From Eledone cirrhosa (taxonomy: Eukaryota): a stretch of 64,000 bases of DNA. Shown piece by piece: positions 28,001 to 42,609 of this stretch; position 1 is the first letter of the stretch; each line of letters begins with the position of its first letter. Below the pieces are notes generated by a model, which worked only from the letters and a program-made list of their open reading frames with translations, was not told the origin of the DNA and ran no database searches. Location: NCBI GenBank assembly GCA_964016885.1, contig OZ024740.1, forward strand, positions 15,128,001-15,192,000, in the 5' to 3' direction. Position numbers and translations under genes: made by a program.

Positions 28001-28279
28001 AATATAGGATGTTTTAAACACCTTCATGGTTATGTTTCCCACTAAACCGAGGTGTGAAATATAGGATGTTTTAAACACCTTCATGGTTATATTTACCACT
28101 AAACAGAGGTGTGAAATATAGGATGTTTTAAACCCCTTCATGGTTATATTTCCCACTAAACAGAGGTGTGCAATATAGGATGTTTTAAACACCTTCATGA
28201 TCATATTTCCAACTAAACAGAGGTGTGAAATATAGGATGTTGTAAACACTTTCATGGTTATATTTCCCACTAAACAAAG

Positions 28280-31200
28280 GTGTGAAATATAGGATGTTTT
28301 AAACACCTTCATGGTTATATTTCCCTCTAAACAGAGGTGTGAAATATAGGATGTTTTAAAAACCTTCATCGTTATATTTCCCACTAAACAGAGGTGTGAA
28401 ATATAGGATGTTTTAACACCTTCATGATTATATTTCCCACTAAACAAAGGTGTGAAATATAGGATGTTTTAAACACCTTCATGGGTATATTTCCCTCTAA
28501 ACAGAGGTGTGAAATATAGGATGTTGTAAACACCTTCATGATTATATTTCCCACTAAACAGAGGTGTGAAATATAGAATGTTTTAAATACATTCATGGTT
28601 ATATTTCCCAATAAACAGAGGTGTGAAATATAGGATGTTTTAAACACCTTCATGGTTATATTTCCCACTAAACAGTGGTGTGACATATAGGATGTTTTAA
28701 ACACCTTCATGGTTATATTTCCCACTAAACAGAGGTGTGAAATATAGGATGTTTGAAAACCTTCATGTTCATATTTCCCACTACACAGAGGTGTGAAATA
28801 TAGGGTGTTGTAAACACCTTCATGATTATATTTCCCACTAAACAGAGGTGTGCAATATAGGATGTTTTAAACACCTTCATGGTTATATATCCCACTAAAC
28901 AGAGGTGTGAAATATAGGATGTTTTAAAAACATTCATGGTTATATTTCCCACTAAGCAGAGGTGTGAAATATAGGATGTTTTAAACACCTTCATGGTTAT
29001 ATTTCCCACTAAACAGAGGTGTGCAATATAGGATGTTTTAAACACCTTCATGGTTATATTTCCCACTAAACAGAGGTGTGAAATATAGGATGTTTTAACA
29101 CCTTCATGGTTATATTTCCCACTAAACAGAGGTGTGAAATATAGGATGTTTTAAACCCCTTCATGGTTATATTTCCCACTAAACAGAGGTGTGCAATATA
29201 GGATGTTTTATACACCTTCATGATTATATTTCCCACTAAACAGAGGTGTGAAATATAGGATGTTGTAAACACCTTCATGGTTATATTTCCCACTACACAG
29301 AGGTGTGAAATATAGGGTGTTGTAAACACCTTCATGATTATATTTCCCACTAAACAGAGGTGTGAAATATAGAATGTTTTAAATACCTTCATGGTTATAT
29401 TTCCCAATAAACAGAGGTGTGAAATATAGGATGTTTTAAACATCTTCATGGTTATATTTCCCACTAAACAGTGGTGTGAAATATAGGATGTTTTAAACAC
29501 CTTCATGGTTATATTTCCCACTGAACAGAGGTGTGAAATATAGGATGTTTTAAACACCTTCATGGTTATATTTCCCACTAAACAGAGGTGTGAAATATAG
29601 GATGTTTTAAACACCTCCATGGTTATATTTCCCACTAAACTGAGGTGTGAAATATCGGATGTTTTAAACACCTTCATGGTTAAATTTCCCACTAAACAGA
29701 AGTGTGAAATATAGGATGTTTTAAACACCTTCATGGCTATATTTCCCACTAAACAGAGGTGTGAAATATAGGATGTTTTAAACCCCTTCATGCTTATATT
29801 TCACACTAAACAGAGGTGTGGAATATAGGATGTTTAAAACACCTTCATGGTTATATTTCCCACTAAACAGAGGTGTGAAATATAGAATGTTTTAAATACC
29901 TTCATGATTATATTTCCCACTAAACAGAGGTGTGAAATATAGGATGTTTAAAACACCTTCATGGTTATATTTCCTACTAAACAGAGGTGTGAAATATAGG
30001 ATGTTTTAACACCTTCATGGTTATATTTCACACTAAACAGAGGTGTGAAATATAGGATGTTTTACACACCTTCATGGTTATATTTCCCACTAAACTGAGG
30101 TTGTGAAATATAGGATGTTTTAAACACCTTCATGGTTATGTTTCCCACTAGACCGAGGTGTGAAATATAGGATGTTTTAAACACCTTCATGGTTATATTT
30201 CCCACTAAACAGAGGTGTGAAATATAGGATGTTTTAAACCCCTTCATGGTTATATTTCCCACTAAACAGAGGTGTGCAATATAGGATGTTTTAAACACCT
30301 TCATGATCATATTTCCAACTAAACAGAGGTGTGAAATATAGGATGTTGTAAACACTTTCATGGTTATATTTCCCACTACACAGAGGTGTGAAATATAGGG
30401 TGTTGTAAACACCTTCATGATTATATTTCCCACTAAACAGAGGTGTGAAATATAGAATGTTTTAAATACATTCATGGTTATATTTCCCAATAAACAGAGG
30501 TGTGAAATATAGGATGTTTTAAACACCTTCATGGTTATATTTCCCACTAAACAGAGGTGTGAAATATAGGATGTTTTAAACACCTTCATGGCTATATTTC
30601 CCACTAAACAGAGGTGTGAAATATAGGATGTTTTAAACACCTTCATGGTTATATTTCCCACTAAACAGAGGTGTGAAATATAGGATGTTTTAAACCCCTT
30701 CATGGTTATATTTCCCACTAAACAGAGGTGTGCAAAATAGGATGTTTTAAACACCTTCATGATTATATTTCCCACTAAACAGAGGTGTGAAACATAGGAT
30801 GTTGTAAACACCTTCATGGTTATATTTCCCACTACACAGAGGTGTGAAATATAGGGTGTTGTAAACACCTTCATGATTATATTTCCCACTAAACAGAGGT
30901 GTGAAATATAGAATGTTTTAAATACATTCATGGTTATATTTCCCAATAAACAGAGGTGTGAAATATAGGATGTTTTAAACACCTTCATGGTTACATTTCC
31001 CACTAAACAGAGGTGTGAAATATAGGATGTTTTAAACACCTTCATGGCTATATTTCCCACTAAACAGAGGTGAGGAATATAGGATGTTTTAAACCCCTTC
31101 ATGGTTATATTTCACACTAAACAGAGGTGTGGAATATAGGATGCTTTAAACACCTTCATGGTTATATTTCTCACTAAAAAGATTTGTGAAATATAGGATG

Positions 31201-34200
31201 CTTTAAACACCTTCATGGTTATATTTCCCACTAAACAGAGGTGTGAAATATAGGATGTTTTAAACACCTTCATGGTTATATTTCCCACTAAACAGAGGTG
31301 TGAAATATAGGATGTTTTAAACACCTTCTTGGTTATATTTCCCACTAAACAGAGGTGTGCAATATAGGATGTTTTAAACATCTTCATGGTTATATTTCCC
31401 ACAAAACAGAGGTGTGAAATATAGGATGTTTTAACACCTTCATGGTTATATTTCCCACTAAACAGAGGTGTGAAATATAGGATGTTTTAAAAACCTTCAT
31501 GGTTATATTTCCCACTAAACAGTGGTGTGAAATATAGGATGTTTTAAACACCTTCATGGTTATATTTCCCACTAAACAGAGGTGTGAAATATAGGATGTT
31601 TTAAACCCCTTCATGGTTATATTTCCCACTAAACAGAGGTGTGCAATATAGGATGTTTTAAACACCTTCATGATTATATTTCCCACTAAACAGAGGTGTG
31701 AAATATAGAATGTTTTAAATACATTCATGGTTATATTTCCCAATAAACAGAGGTGGGAAATATAGGATGTTTTAAACACCTTCATGGTTATATTTCCCAC
31801 TAAACAGAGGTGTGAAATATAGGATGTTTTAAACACCTTCATGGTTATATTTCCCACTAAACAGAGGTGTGAAATATAGGATGTTTTAAACCCCTTCATG
31901 CTTATATTTCACACTAAACAGAGGTGTGGAATATAGGATGTTTAAAACACCTTCATGGTTATATTTCCCACTAAACAGAGGTGTGAAATATAGAATGTTT
32001 TAAATACCTTCATGATTATATTTCCCAATAAACAGAGGTGTGAAATATAGGATGTTTTAAACACCTTCATGGTTATATTTCCCTCTAAACAGAGGTGTGA
32101 AATATAGGATGTTTTAAAAACCTTCATCGTTATATTTCCCACTAAACAGAGGTGTGAAATATAGGATGTTTTAACACCTTCATGATTATATTTCCCACTA
32201 AACAAAGGTGTGAAATATAGGATGTTTTAAACACCTTCATGGGTATATTTCCCTCTAAACAGAGGTGTGAAATATAGGATGTTGTAAACACCTTCATGAT
32301 TATATTTCCCACTAAACAGAGGTGTGAAATATAGAATGTTTTAAATACATTCATGGTTATATTTCCCAATAAACAGAGGTGTGAAATATAGGATGTTTTA
32401 AACACCTTCATGGTTATATTTCCCACTAAACAGTGGTGTGACATATAGGATGTTTTAAACACCTTCATGGTTATATTTCCCACTAAACAGAGGTGTGAAA
32501 TATAGGATGTTTGAAAACCTTCATGTTCATATTTCCCACTACACAGAGGTGTGAAATATAGGGTGTTGTAAACACCTTCATGATTATATTTCCCACTAAA
32601 CAGAGGTGTGCAATATAGGATGTTTTAAACACCTTCATGGTTATATATCCCACTAAACAGAGGTGTGAAATATAGGATGTTTTAAAAACATTCATGGTTA
32701 TATTTCCCACTAAGCAGAGGTGTGAAATATAGGATGTTTTAAACACCTTCATGGTTATATTTCCCACTAAACAGAGGTGTGCAATATAGGATGTTTTAAA
32801 CACCTTCATGGTTATATTTCCCACTAAACAGAGGTGTGAAATATAGGATGTTTTAACACCTTCATGGTTATATTTCCCACTAAACAGAGGTGTGAAATAT
32901 AGGATGTTTTAAACCCCTTCATGGTTATATTTCCCACTAAACAGAGGTGTGCAATATAGGATGTTTTATACACCTTCATGATTATATTTCCCACTAAACA
33001 GAGGTGTGAAATATAGGATGTTGTAAACACCTTCATGGTTATATTTCCCACTACACAGAGGTGTGAAATATAGGGTGTTGTAAACACCTTCATGATTATA
33101 TTTCCCACTAAACAGAGGTGTGAAATATAGAATGTTTTAAATACCTTCATGGTTATATTTCCCAATAAACAGAGGTGTGAAATATAGGATGTTTTAAACA
33201 TCTTCATGGTTATATTTCCCACTAAACAGTGGTGTGAAATATAGGATGTTTTAAACACCTTCATGGTTATATTTCCCACTGAACAGAGGTGTGAAATATA
33301 GGATGTTTTAAACACCTTCATGGTTATATTTCCCACTAAACAGAGGTGTGAAATATAGGATGTTTTAAACACCTCCATGGTTATATTTCCCACTAAACTG
33401 AGGTGTGAAATATCGGATGTTTTAAACACCTTCATGGTTAAATTTCCCACTAAACAGAAGTGTGAAATATAGGATGTTTTAAACACCTTCATGGCTATAT
33501 TTCCCACTAAACAGAGGTGTGAAATATAGGATGTTTTAAACCCCTTCATGCTTATATTTCACACTAAACAGAGGTGTGGAATATAGGATGTTTAAAACAC
33601 CTTCATGGTTATATTTCCCACTAAACAGAGGTGTGAAATATAGAATGTTTTAAATACCTTCATGATTATATTTCCCACTAAACAGAGGTGTGAAATATAG
33701 GATGTTTAAAACACCTTCATGGTTATATTTCCTACTAAACAGAGGTGTGAAATATAGGATGTTTTAACACCTTCATGGTTATATTTCACACTAAACAGAG
33801 GTGTGAAATATAGGATGTTTTACACACCTTCATGGTTATATTTCCCACTAAACTGAGGTTGTGAAATATAGGATGTTTTAAACACCTTCATGGTTATGTT
33901 TCCCACTAGACCGAGGTGTGAAATATAGGATGTTTTAAACACCTTCATGGTTATATTTCCCACTAAACAGAGGTGTGAAATATAGGATGTTTTAAACCCC
34001 TTCATGGTTATATTTCCCACTAAACAGAGGTGTGCAATATAGGATGTTTTAAACACCTTCATGATCATATTTCCAACTAAACAGAGGTGTGAAATATAGG
34101 ATGTTGTAAACACTTTCATGGTTATATTTCCCACTACACAGAGGTGTGAAATATAGGGTGTTGTAAACACCTTCATGATTATATTTCCCACTAAACAGAG

Positions 34201-35645
34201 GTGTGAAATATAGAATGTTTTAAATACATTCATGGTTATATTTCCCAATAAACAGAGGTGTGAAATATAGGATGTTTTAAACACCTTCATGGTTATATTT
34301 CCCACTAAACAGAGGTGTGAAATATAGGATGTTTTAAACACCTTCATGGCTATATTTCCCACTAAACAGAGGTGTGAAATATAGGATGTTTTAAACACCT
34401 TCATGGTTATATTTCCCACTAAACAGAGGTGTGAAATATAGGATGTTTTAAACCCCTTCATGGTTATATTTCCCACTAAACAGAGGTGTGCAAAATAGGA
34501 TGTTTTAAACACCTTCATGATTATATTTCCCACTAAACAGAGGTGTGAAACATAGGATGTTGTAAACACCTTCATGGTTATATTTCCCACTACACAGAGG
34601 TGTGAAATATAGGGTGTTGTAAACACCTTCATGATTATATTTCCCACTAAACAGAGGTGTGAAATATAGAATGTTTTAAATACATTCATGGTTATATTTC
34701 CCAATAAACAGAGGTGTGAAATATAGGATGTTTTAAACACCTTCATGGTTACATTTCCCACTAAACAGAGGTGTGAAATATAGGATGTTTTAAACACCTT
34801 CATGGCTATATTTCCCACTAAACAGAGGTGAGGAATATAGGATGTTTTAAACCCCTTCATGGTTATATTTCACACTAAACAGAGGTGTGGAATATAGGAT
34901 GCTTTAAACACCTTCATGGTTATATTTCTCACTAAAAAGATTTGTGAAATATAGGATGCTTTAAACACCTTCATGGTTATATTTCCCACTAAACAGAGGT
35001 GTGAAATATAGGATGTTTTAAACACCTTCATGGTTATATTTCCCACTAAACAGAGGTGTGAAATATAGGATGTTTTAAACACCTTCTTGGTTATATTTCC
35101 CACTAAACAGAGGTGTGCAATATAGGATGTTTTAAACATCTTCATGGTTATATTTCCCACAAAACAGAGGTGTGAAATATAGGATGTTTTAACACCTTCA
35201 TGGTTATATTTCCCACTAAACAGAGGTGTGAAATATAGGATGTTTTAAAAACCTTCATGGTTATATTTCCCACTAAACAGTGGTGTGAAATATAGGATGT
35301 TTTAAACACCTTCATGGTTATATTTCCCACTAAACAGAGGTGTGAAATATAGGATGTTTTAAACCCCTTCATGGTTATATTTCCCACTAAACAGAGGTGT
35401 GCAATATAGGATGTTTTAAACACCTTCATGATTATATTTCCCACTAAACAGAGGTGTGAAATATAGAATGTTTTAAATACATTCATGGTTATATTTCCCA
35501 ATAAACAGAGGTGGGAAATATAGGATGTTTTAAACACCTTCATGGTTATATTTCCCACTAAACAGAGGTGTGAAATATAGGATGTTTTAAACACCTTCAT
35601 GGTTATATTTCCCACTAAACAGAGGTGTGAAATATAGGATGTTTT
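28280..35645. repeat. Near-tandem higher-order duplication, period 3758 bp (66 monomers minus 4 bp)
   Basis: ORF pairs 28384/32142, 28725/32483, 29066/32824, 30062/33820, 31112/34870 and 31390/35148 are all offset by 3758. Private variants atgggtat, ctagaccgagg and catgttcat are shared. Confidence 0.94.
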
Positions 35646-38600
35646 AAACACCTTCATGGTTATATTTCCCACTAAACAGAGGTGTGAAATATAGGATGTT
35701 TTAAACACCTCCATGGTTATATTTCCCACTAAACTGAGGTGTGAAATATCGGATGTTTTAAACACCTTCATGGTTAAATTTCCCACTAAACAGAAGTGTG
35801 AAATATAGGATGTTTTAAACACCTTCATGGCTATATTTCCCACTAAACAGAGGTGTGAAATATAGGATGTTTTAAACCCCTTCATGCTTATATTTCACAC
35901 TAAACAGAGGTGTGAAATATAGAATGTTTTAAATACCTTCATGATTATATTTCCCAATAAACAGAGGTGTGAAATATAGGATGTTTTAAACACCTTCATG
36001 GTTATATTTCCCACTAAACAGAGGTGTGAAATATAGGATGTTGTAAACACCTTCATGGTTACATTTCCCACTAAACAGAGGTGTGAAATATAGGATGTTT
36101 TAAAAACCTTCATGGTTATATTTCCCACTAAACAGAGGTGTGAAATATAGAATGTTTTAAATACATTCATCGTTATATTTCCCAATAAACAGAGGTGTGA
36201 AATATAGGATGTTTTAAACACCTTCATGGTTAAATTTCCCACTAAACAGAGGTGTGAAATATAGGATGTTTTAAACACCTTCATGGTTATGTTTCCCACT
36301 AAACAGAGGTGTGAAATATAGGATGTTTTAAACACGTTCATGGTTATATTTCCCACTAAACAGAGGTGTGAAATATAGGATGTTTTAAACCCCTTCATGG
36401 TTATATTTCCCACTAAACAGAGGTGTGCAAAATAGGATGTTTTAAACACCTTCATGATTATATTTCCCACTAAACAGAGGTGTGAAATATAGGATGTTGT
36501 AAACACCTTCATGGTTATATTTCCCACTACACAGAGGTGTGAAATATAGGGTGTTGTAAACACCTTCATGATTATATTTCCCACTAAACAGAGGTGTGAA
36601 ATATAGAATGTTTTAAATACATTCATGGTTATATTTCCCAATAAACAGAGGTGTGAAATATAGGATGTTTTAAACACCTTCATGGTTACATTTCCCACTA
36701 AACAGAGGTGTGAAATATAGGATGTTTTAAACACCTTCATGGCTATATTTCCCACTAAACAGAGGTGAGGAATATAGGATGTTTTAAACCCCTTCATGGT
36801 TATATTTCACACTAAACAGAGGTGTGGAATATAGGATGCTTTAAACACCTTCATGGTTATATTTCTCACTAAAAAGATTTGTGAAATATAGGATGCTTTA
36901 AACACCTTCATGGTTATATTTCCCACTAAACAGAGGTGTGAAATATAGGATGTTTTAAACACCTTCATGGTTATATTTCCCACTAAACAGAGGTGTGAAA
37001 TATAGGATGTTTTAAACACCTTCTTGGTTATATTTCCCACTAAACAGAGGTGTGCAATATAGGATGTTTTAAACATCTTCATGGTTATATTTCCCACAAA
37101 ACAGAGGTGTGAAATATAGGATGTTTTAACACCTTCATGGTTATATTTCACACTAAACAGAGGTGTGAAATATAGGATGTTTTAAAAACCTTCATGGTTA
37201 TATTTCCCACTAAACAGTGGTGTGAAATATAGGATGTTTTAAACACCTTCATGGTTATATTTCCCACTAAACAGAGGTGTGAAATATAGGATGTTTTAAA
37301 CCCCTTCATGGTTATATTTCCCACTAAACAGAGGTGTGCAATATAGGATGTTTTAAACAGCTTCATGATTATATTTCCCACTAAACAGAGGTGTGAAATA
37401 TAGGATGTTGTAAACACCTTCATGGTTATATTTCCCACTACACAGAGGTGTGAAATATAGGATTTTGTAAACACCTTCATGATTATATTTCCCACTAAAC
37501 AGAGGTGTGAAATATAGAATGTTTTAAATACATTCATGGTTATATTTCCCAATAAACAGAGGTGGGAAATATAGGATGTTTTAAACACCTTCATGGTTAT
37601 ATTTCCCACTAAACAGAGGTGTGATATATAGGATGTTTTAAACACCTTCATGGTTATATTTCCCACTAAACAGAGGTGTGAAATATAGGATGTTTTAAAC
37701 ACCTTCATGGTTATATTTCCCACTAAACAGAGGTGTGAAATATAGGATGTTTTAAACACCTCCATGGTTATATTTCCCACTAAACTGAGGTGTGAAATAT
37801 CGGATGTTTTAAACACCTTCATGGTTAAATTTCCCACTAAACAGAAGTGTGAAATATAGGATGTTTTAAACACCTTCATGGCTATATTTCCCACTAAACA
37901 GAGGTGTGAAATATAGGATGTTTTAAACCCCTTCATGCTTATATTTCACACTAAACAGAGGTGTGGAATATAGGATGTTTAAAACACCTTCATGGTTATA
38001 TTTCCCAATAAACAGAGGTGGGAAATATAGGATGTTTTAAACACCTTCATGGTTATATTTCCCACTAAACAGAGGTGTGAAATATAGGATGTTTAAAACA
38101 ACTTCATGGTTATATTTCCTACTAAACAGAGGTGTAGAAATATAGGATGTTTTAACACCTTCATGGTTATATTTCACACTAAACAGAGGTGTGAAATATA
38201 GGATGTATTACACCCCTTCATGGTTATATTTCCCACTAAACTGAGGTTGTGAAATATAGGATGTTTTAAACAACTTCATGTTTATATTTCCCACTAAACA
38301 GAGGTGTGAAATATAGGATGTTTTAAACACCTTCATGGTTATATTTCCCACTAAACAGAGGTGTGAAATATAGGATGTTTTAAACACCTCCATGGTTATA
38401 TTTCCCACTAAACTGAGGTGTGAAATATCGGATGTTTTAAACACCTTCATGGTTAAATTTCCCACTAAACAGAAGTGTGAAATATAGGATGTTTTAAACA
38501 CCTTCATGGCTATATTTCCCACTAAACAGAGGTGTGAAATATAGGATGTTTTAAACCCCTTCATGCTTATATTTCACACTAAACAGAGGTGTGAAATATA

Positions 38601-40985
38601 GAATGTTTTAAATACCTTCATGATTATATTTCCCAATAAACAGAGGTGTGAAATATAGGATGTTTTAAACACCTTCATGGTTATATTTCCCACTAAACAG
38701 AGGTGTGAAATATAGGATGTTGTAAACACCTTCATGGTTACATTTCCCACTAAACAGAGGTGTGAAATATAGGATGTTTTAAAAACCTTCATGGTTATAT
38801 TTCCCACTAAACAGAGGTGTGAAATATAGAATGTTTTAAATACATTCATCGTTATATTTCCCAATAAACAGAGGTGTGAAATATAGGATGTTTTAAACAC
38901 CTTCATGGTTAAATTTCCCACTAAACAGAGGTGTGAAATATAGGATGTTTTAAACACCTTCATGGTTATGTTTCCCACTAAACAGAGGTGTGAAATATAG
39001 GATGTTTTAAACACGTTCATGGTTATATTTCCCACTAAACAGAGGTGTGAAATATAGGATGTTTTAAACCCCTTCATGGTTATATTTCCCACTAAACAGA
39101 GGTGTGCAAAATAGGATGTTTTAAACACCTTCATGATTATATTTCCCACTAAACAGAGGTGTGAAATATAGGATGTTGTAAACACCTTCATGGTTATATT
39201 TCCCACTACACAGAGGTGTGAAATATAGGGTGTTGTAAACACCTTCATGATTATATTTCCCACTAAACAGAGGTGTGAAATATAGAATGTTTTAAATACA
39301 TTCATGGTTATATTTCCCAATAAACAGAGGTGTGAAATATAGGATGTTTTAAACACCTTCATGGTTACATTTCCCACTAAACAGAGGTGTGAAATATAGG
39401 ATGTTTTAAACACCTTCATGGCTATATTTCCCACTAAACAGAGGTGAGGAATATAGGATGTTTTAAACCCCTTCATGGTTATATTTCACACTAAACAGAG
39501 GTGTGGAATATAGGATGCTTTAAACACCTTCATGGTTATATTTCTCACTAAAAAGATTTGTGAAATATAGGATGCTTTAAACACCTTCATGGTTATATTT
39601 CCCACTAAACAGAGGTGTGAAATATAGGATGTTTTAAACACCTTCATGGTTATATTTCCCACTAAACAGAGGTGTGAAATATAGGATGTTTTAAACACCT
39701 TCTTGGTTATATTTCCCACTAAACAGAGGTGTGCAATATAGGATGTTTTAAACATCTTCATGGTTATATTTCCCACAAAACAGAGGTGTGAAATATAGGA
39801 TGTTTTAACACCTTCATGGTTATATTTCACACTAAACAGAGGTGTGAAATATAGGATGTTTTAAAAACCTTCATGGTTATATTTCCCACTAAACAGTGGT
39901 GTGAAATATAGGATGTTTTAAACACCTTCATGGTTATATTTCCCACTAAACAGAGGTGTGAAATATAGGATGTTTTAAACCCCTTCATGGTTATATTTCC
40001 CACTAAACAGAGGTGTGCAATATAGGATGTTTTAAACAGCTTCATGATTATATTTCCCACTAAACAGAGGTGTGAAATATAGGATGTTGTAAACACCTTC
40101 ATGGTTATATTTCCCACTACACAGAGGTGTGAAATATAGGATTTTGTAAACACCTTCATGATTATATTTCCCACTAAACAGAGGTGTGAAATATAGAATG
40201 TTTTAAATACATTCATGGTTATATTTCCCAATAAACAGAGGTGGGAAATATAGGATGTTTTAAACACCTTCATGGTTATATTTCCCACTAAACAGAGGTG
40301 TGATATATAGGATGTTTTAAACACCTTCATGGTTATATTTCCCACTAAACAGAGGTGTGAAATATAGGATGTTTTAAACACCTTCATGGTTATATTTCCC
40401 ACTAAACAGAGGTGTGAAATATAGGATGTTTTAAACACCTCCATGGTTATATTTCCCACTAAACTGAGGTGTGAAATATCGGATGTTTTAAACACCTTCA
40501 TGGTTAAATTTCCCACTAAACAGAAGTGTGAAATATAGGATGTTTTAAACACCTTCATGGCTATATTTCCCACTAAACAGAGGTGTGAAATATAGGATGT
40601 TTTAAACCCCTTCATGCTTATATTTCACACTAAACAGAGGTGTGGAATATAGGATGTTTAAAACACCTTCATGGTTATATTTCCCAATAAACAGAGGTGG
40701 GAAATATAGGATGTTTTAAACACCTTCATGGTTATATTTCCCACTAAACAGAGGTGTGAAATATAGGATGTTTAAAACAACTTCATGGTTATATTTCCTA
40801 CTAAACAGAGGTGTAGAAATATAGGATGTTTTAACACCTTCATGGTTATATTTCACACTAAACAGAGGTGTGAAATATAGGATGTATTACACCCCTTCAT
40901 GGTTATATTTCCCACTAAACTGAGGTTGTGAAATATAGGATGTTTTAAACAACTTCATGTTTATATTTCCCACTAAACAGAGGTG
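35610..40985. repeat. Tandem higher-order duplication, 2 x 2679 bp (47 x 57)
   Basis: ORF pairs 35895/38574, 36807/39486, 37148/39827 and 38208/40887 are offset by 2679. Private variants ggtgtgatatataggatg and gatgtattacacccc are shared. Confidence 0.94.
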
Positions 40986-42609
40986 TAAAATATAGAATGT
41001 TTTAAACACCTTCATGGTTATATTTCCCACTAAACAGAGGTGTGAAATATAGGATGTTTTAAACCCCTTCATGGTTATATTTCCCACTAAACAGAGGTGT
41101 GCAATATAGGATGTTTTAAACACCTTCATGATCATATTTCCCACTAAACAGAGGTGTGAAATATAGGATGTTGTAAACACCTTCATTGTTATATTTCCCA
41201 CTACACAGAGGTGTGAAATATAGAATGTTTTAAACACCTTCATGGTTATATTTCCCACTACACAGAGGTGTGAAATATAGGATGTTTTAAACACCTTCAT
41301 GGTTATATTTCCCACTAAACAGAGGTGTGAAATATAGGATGTTTTAAACACCTTCATGGTTATATTTCACACTTAACAGAGGTGTGGAATATAGGATGTT
41401 TAAAACACCTTCATGGTTATATTTCCCACTAAACAGAGGTGTGAAATATAGAATGTTTTAAATACCTTCATGGTTATATTTCCCAATAAACAGAGGTGTG
41501 AAATATAGGATGTTTTAAACACCTTCATGGTTATATTTCCCACTAAACAGAGGTGTGAAATATAGGATGTTTTAAACACCTTCCTGGTTATATTTCCCAC
41601 TAAACAGAGGTGTGAAACATAGGATGTTGTAAACACCTTCATGGTTACATTTCCCACTAAACAGAGGTGTGAAATATAGGATGTTTAAAACACCTTCATG
41701 GTTATATTTCCTACTAAACAGAGGTGTGAAATATAGGATGTTTTAACACCTTCATGGTTATATTTCACACTAAACAGAGGTGTGAAATATAGGATGTTTT
41801 ACACACCTTCATGGTTATATTTCCCACTAAACTGAGGTTGTGAAATATAGGATGTTTTAAACACCTTCATGGTTATGTTTCCCACTAAACAGAGGTGTGA
41901 AATATAGGATGTTTTAAACACCTTCATGGTTATATTTCCCACTAAACAGAGGTGTGAAATATAGGATGTTTTAAACCCCTTCATGGTTATATTTCCCACT
42001 ACACAGAGGTGTGAAATATAGGGTGTTGTAAACACCTTCATGATTATATTTCCCACTAAACAGAGGTGTGAAATATAGAATGTTTTAAATACATTCATGG
42101 TTATATTTCCCAATAAACAGAGGTGTGAAATATAGGATGTTTTAAACACCTTCATGGTTATATTTCCCACTAAACAGAGGTGTGAAATATAGGATGTTTT
42201 AAACACCTTCATGGCTATATTTCCCACTAAACAGAGGTGTGAAATATAGGATGTTTTAAACACCTTCATGGTTATATTTCCCACTAAACAGAGGTGTGAA
42301 ATATAGGATGTTTTAAACCCCTTCATGGTTATATTTCCCACTAAACAGAGGTGTGCAATATAGGATGTTTTAAACAGCTTCATGATTATATTTCCCACTA
42401 AACAGAGGTGTGAAATATAGGATGTTGTAAACACCTTCATGGTTATATTTCCCACTACACAGAGGTGTGAAATATAGGATTTTGTAAACACCTTCATGAT
42501 TATATTTCCCACTAAACAGAGGTGTGAAATATAGAATGTTTTAAATACATTCATGGTTATATTTCCCAATAAACAGAGGTGGGAAATATAGGATGTTTTA
42601 AATACATTC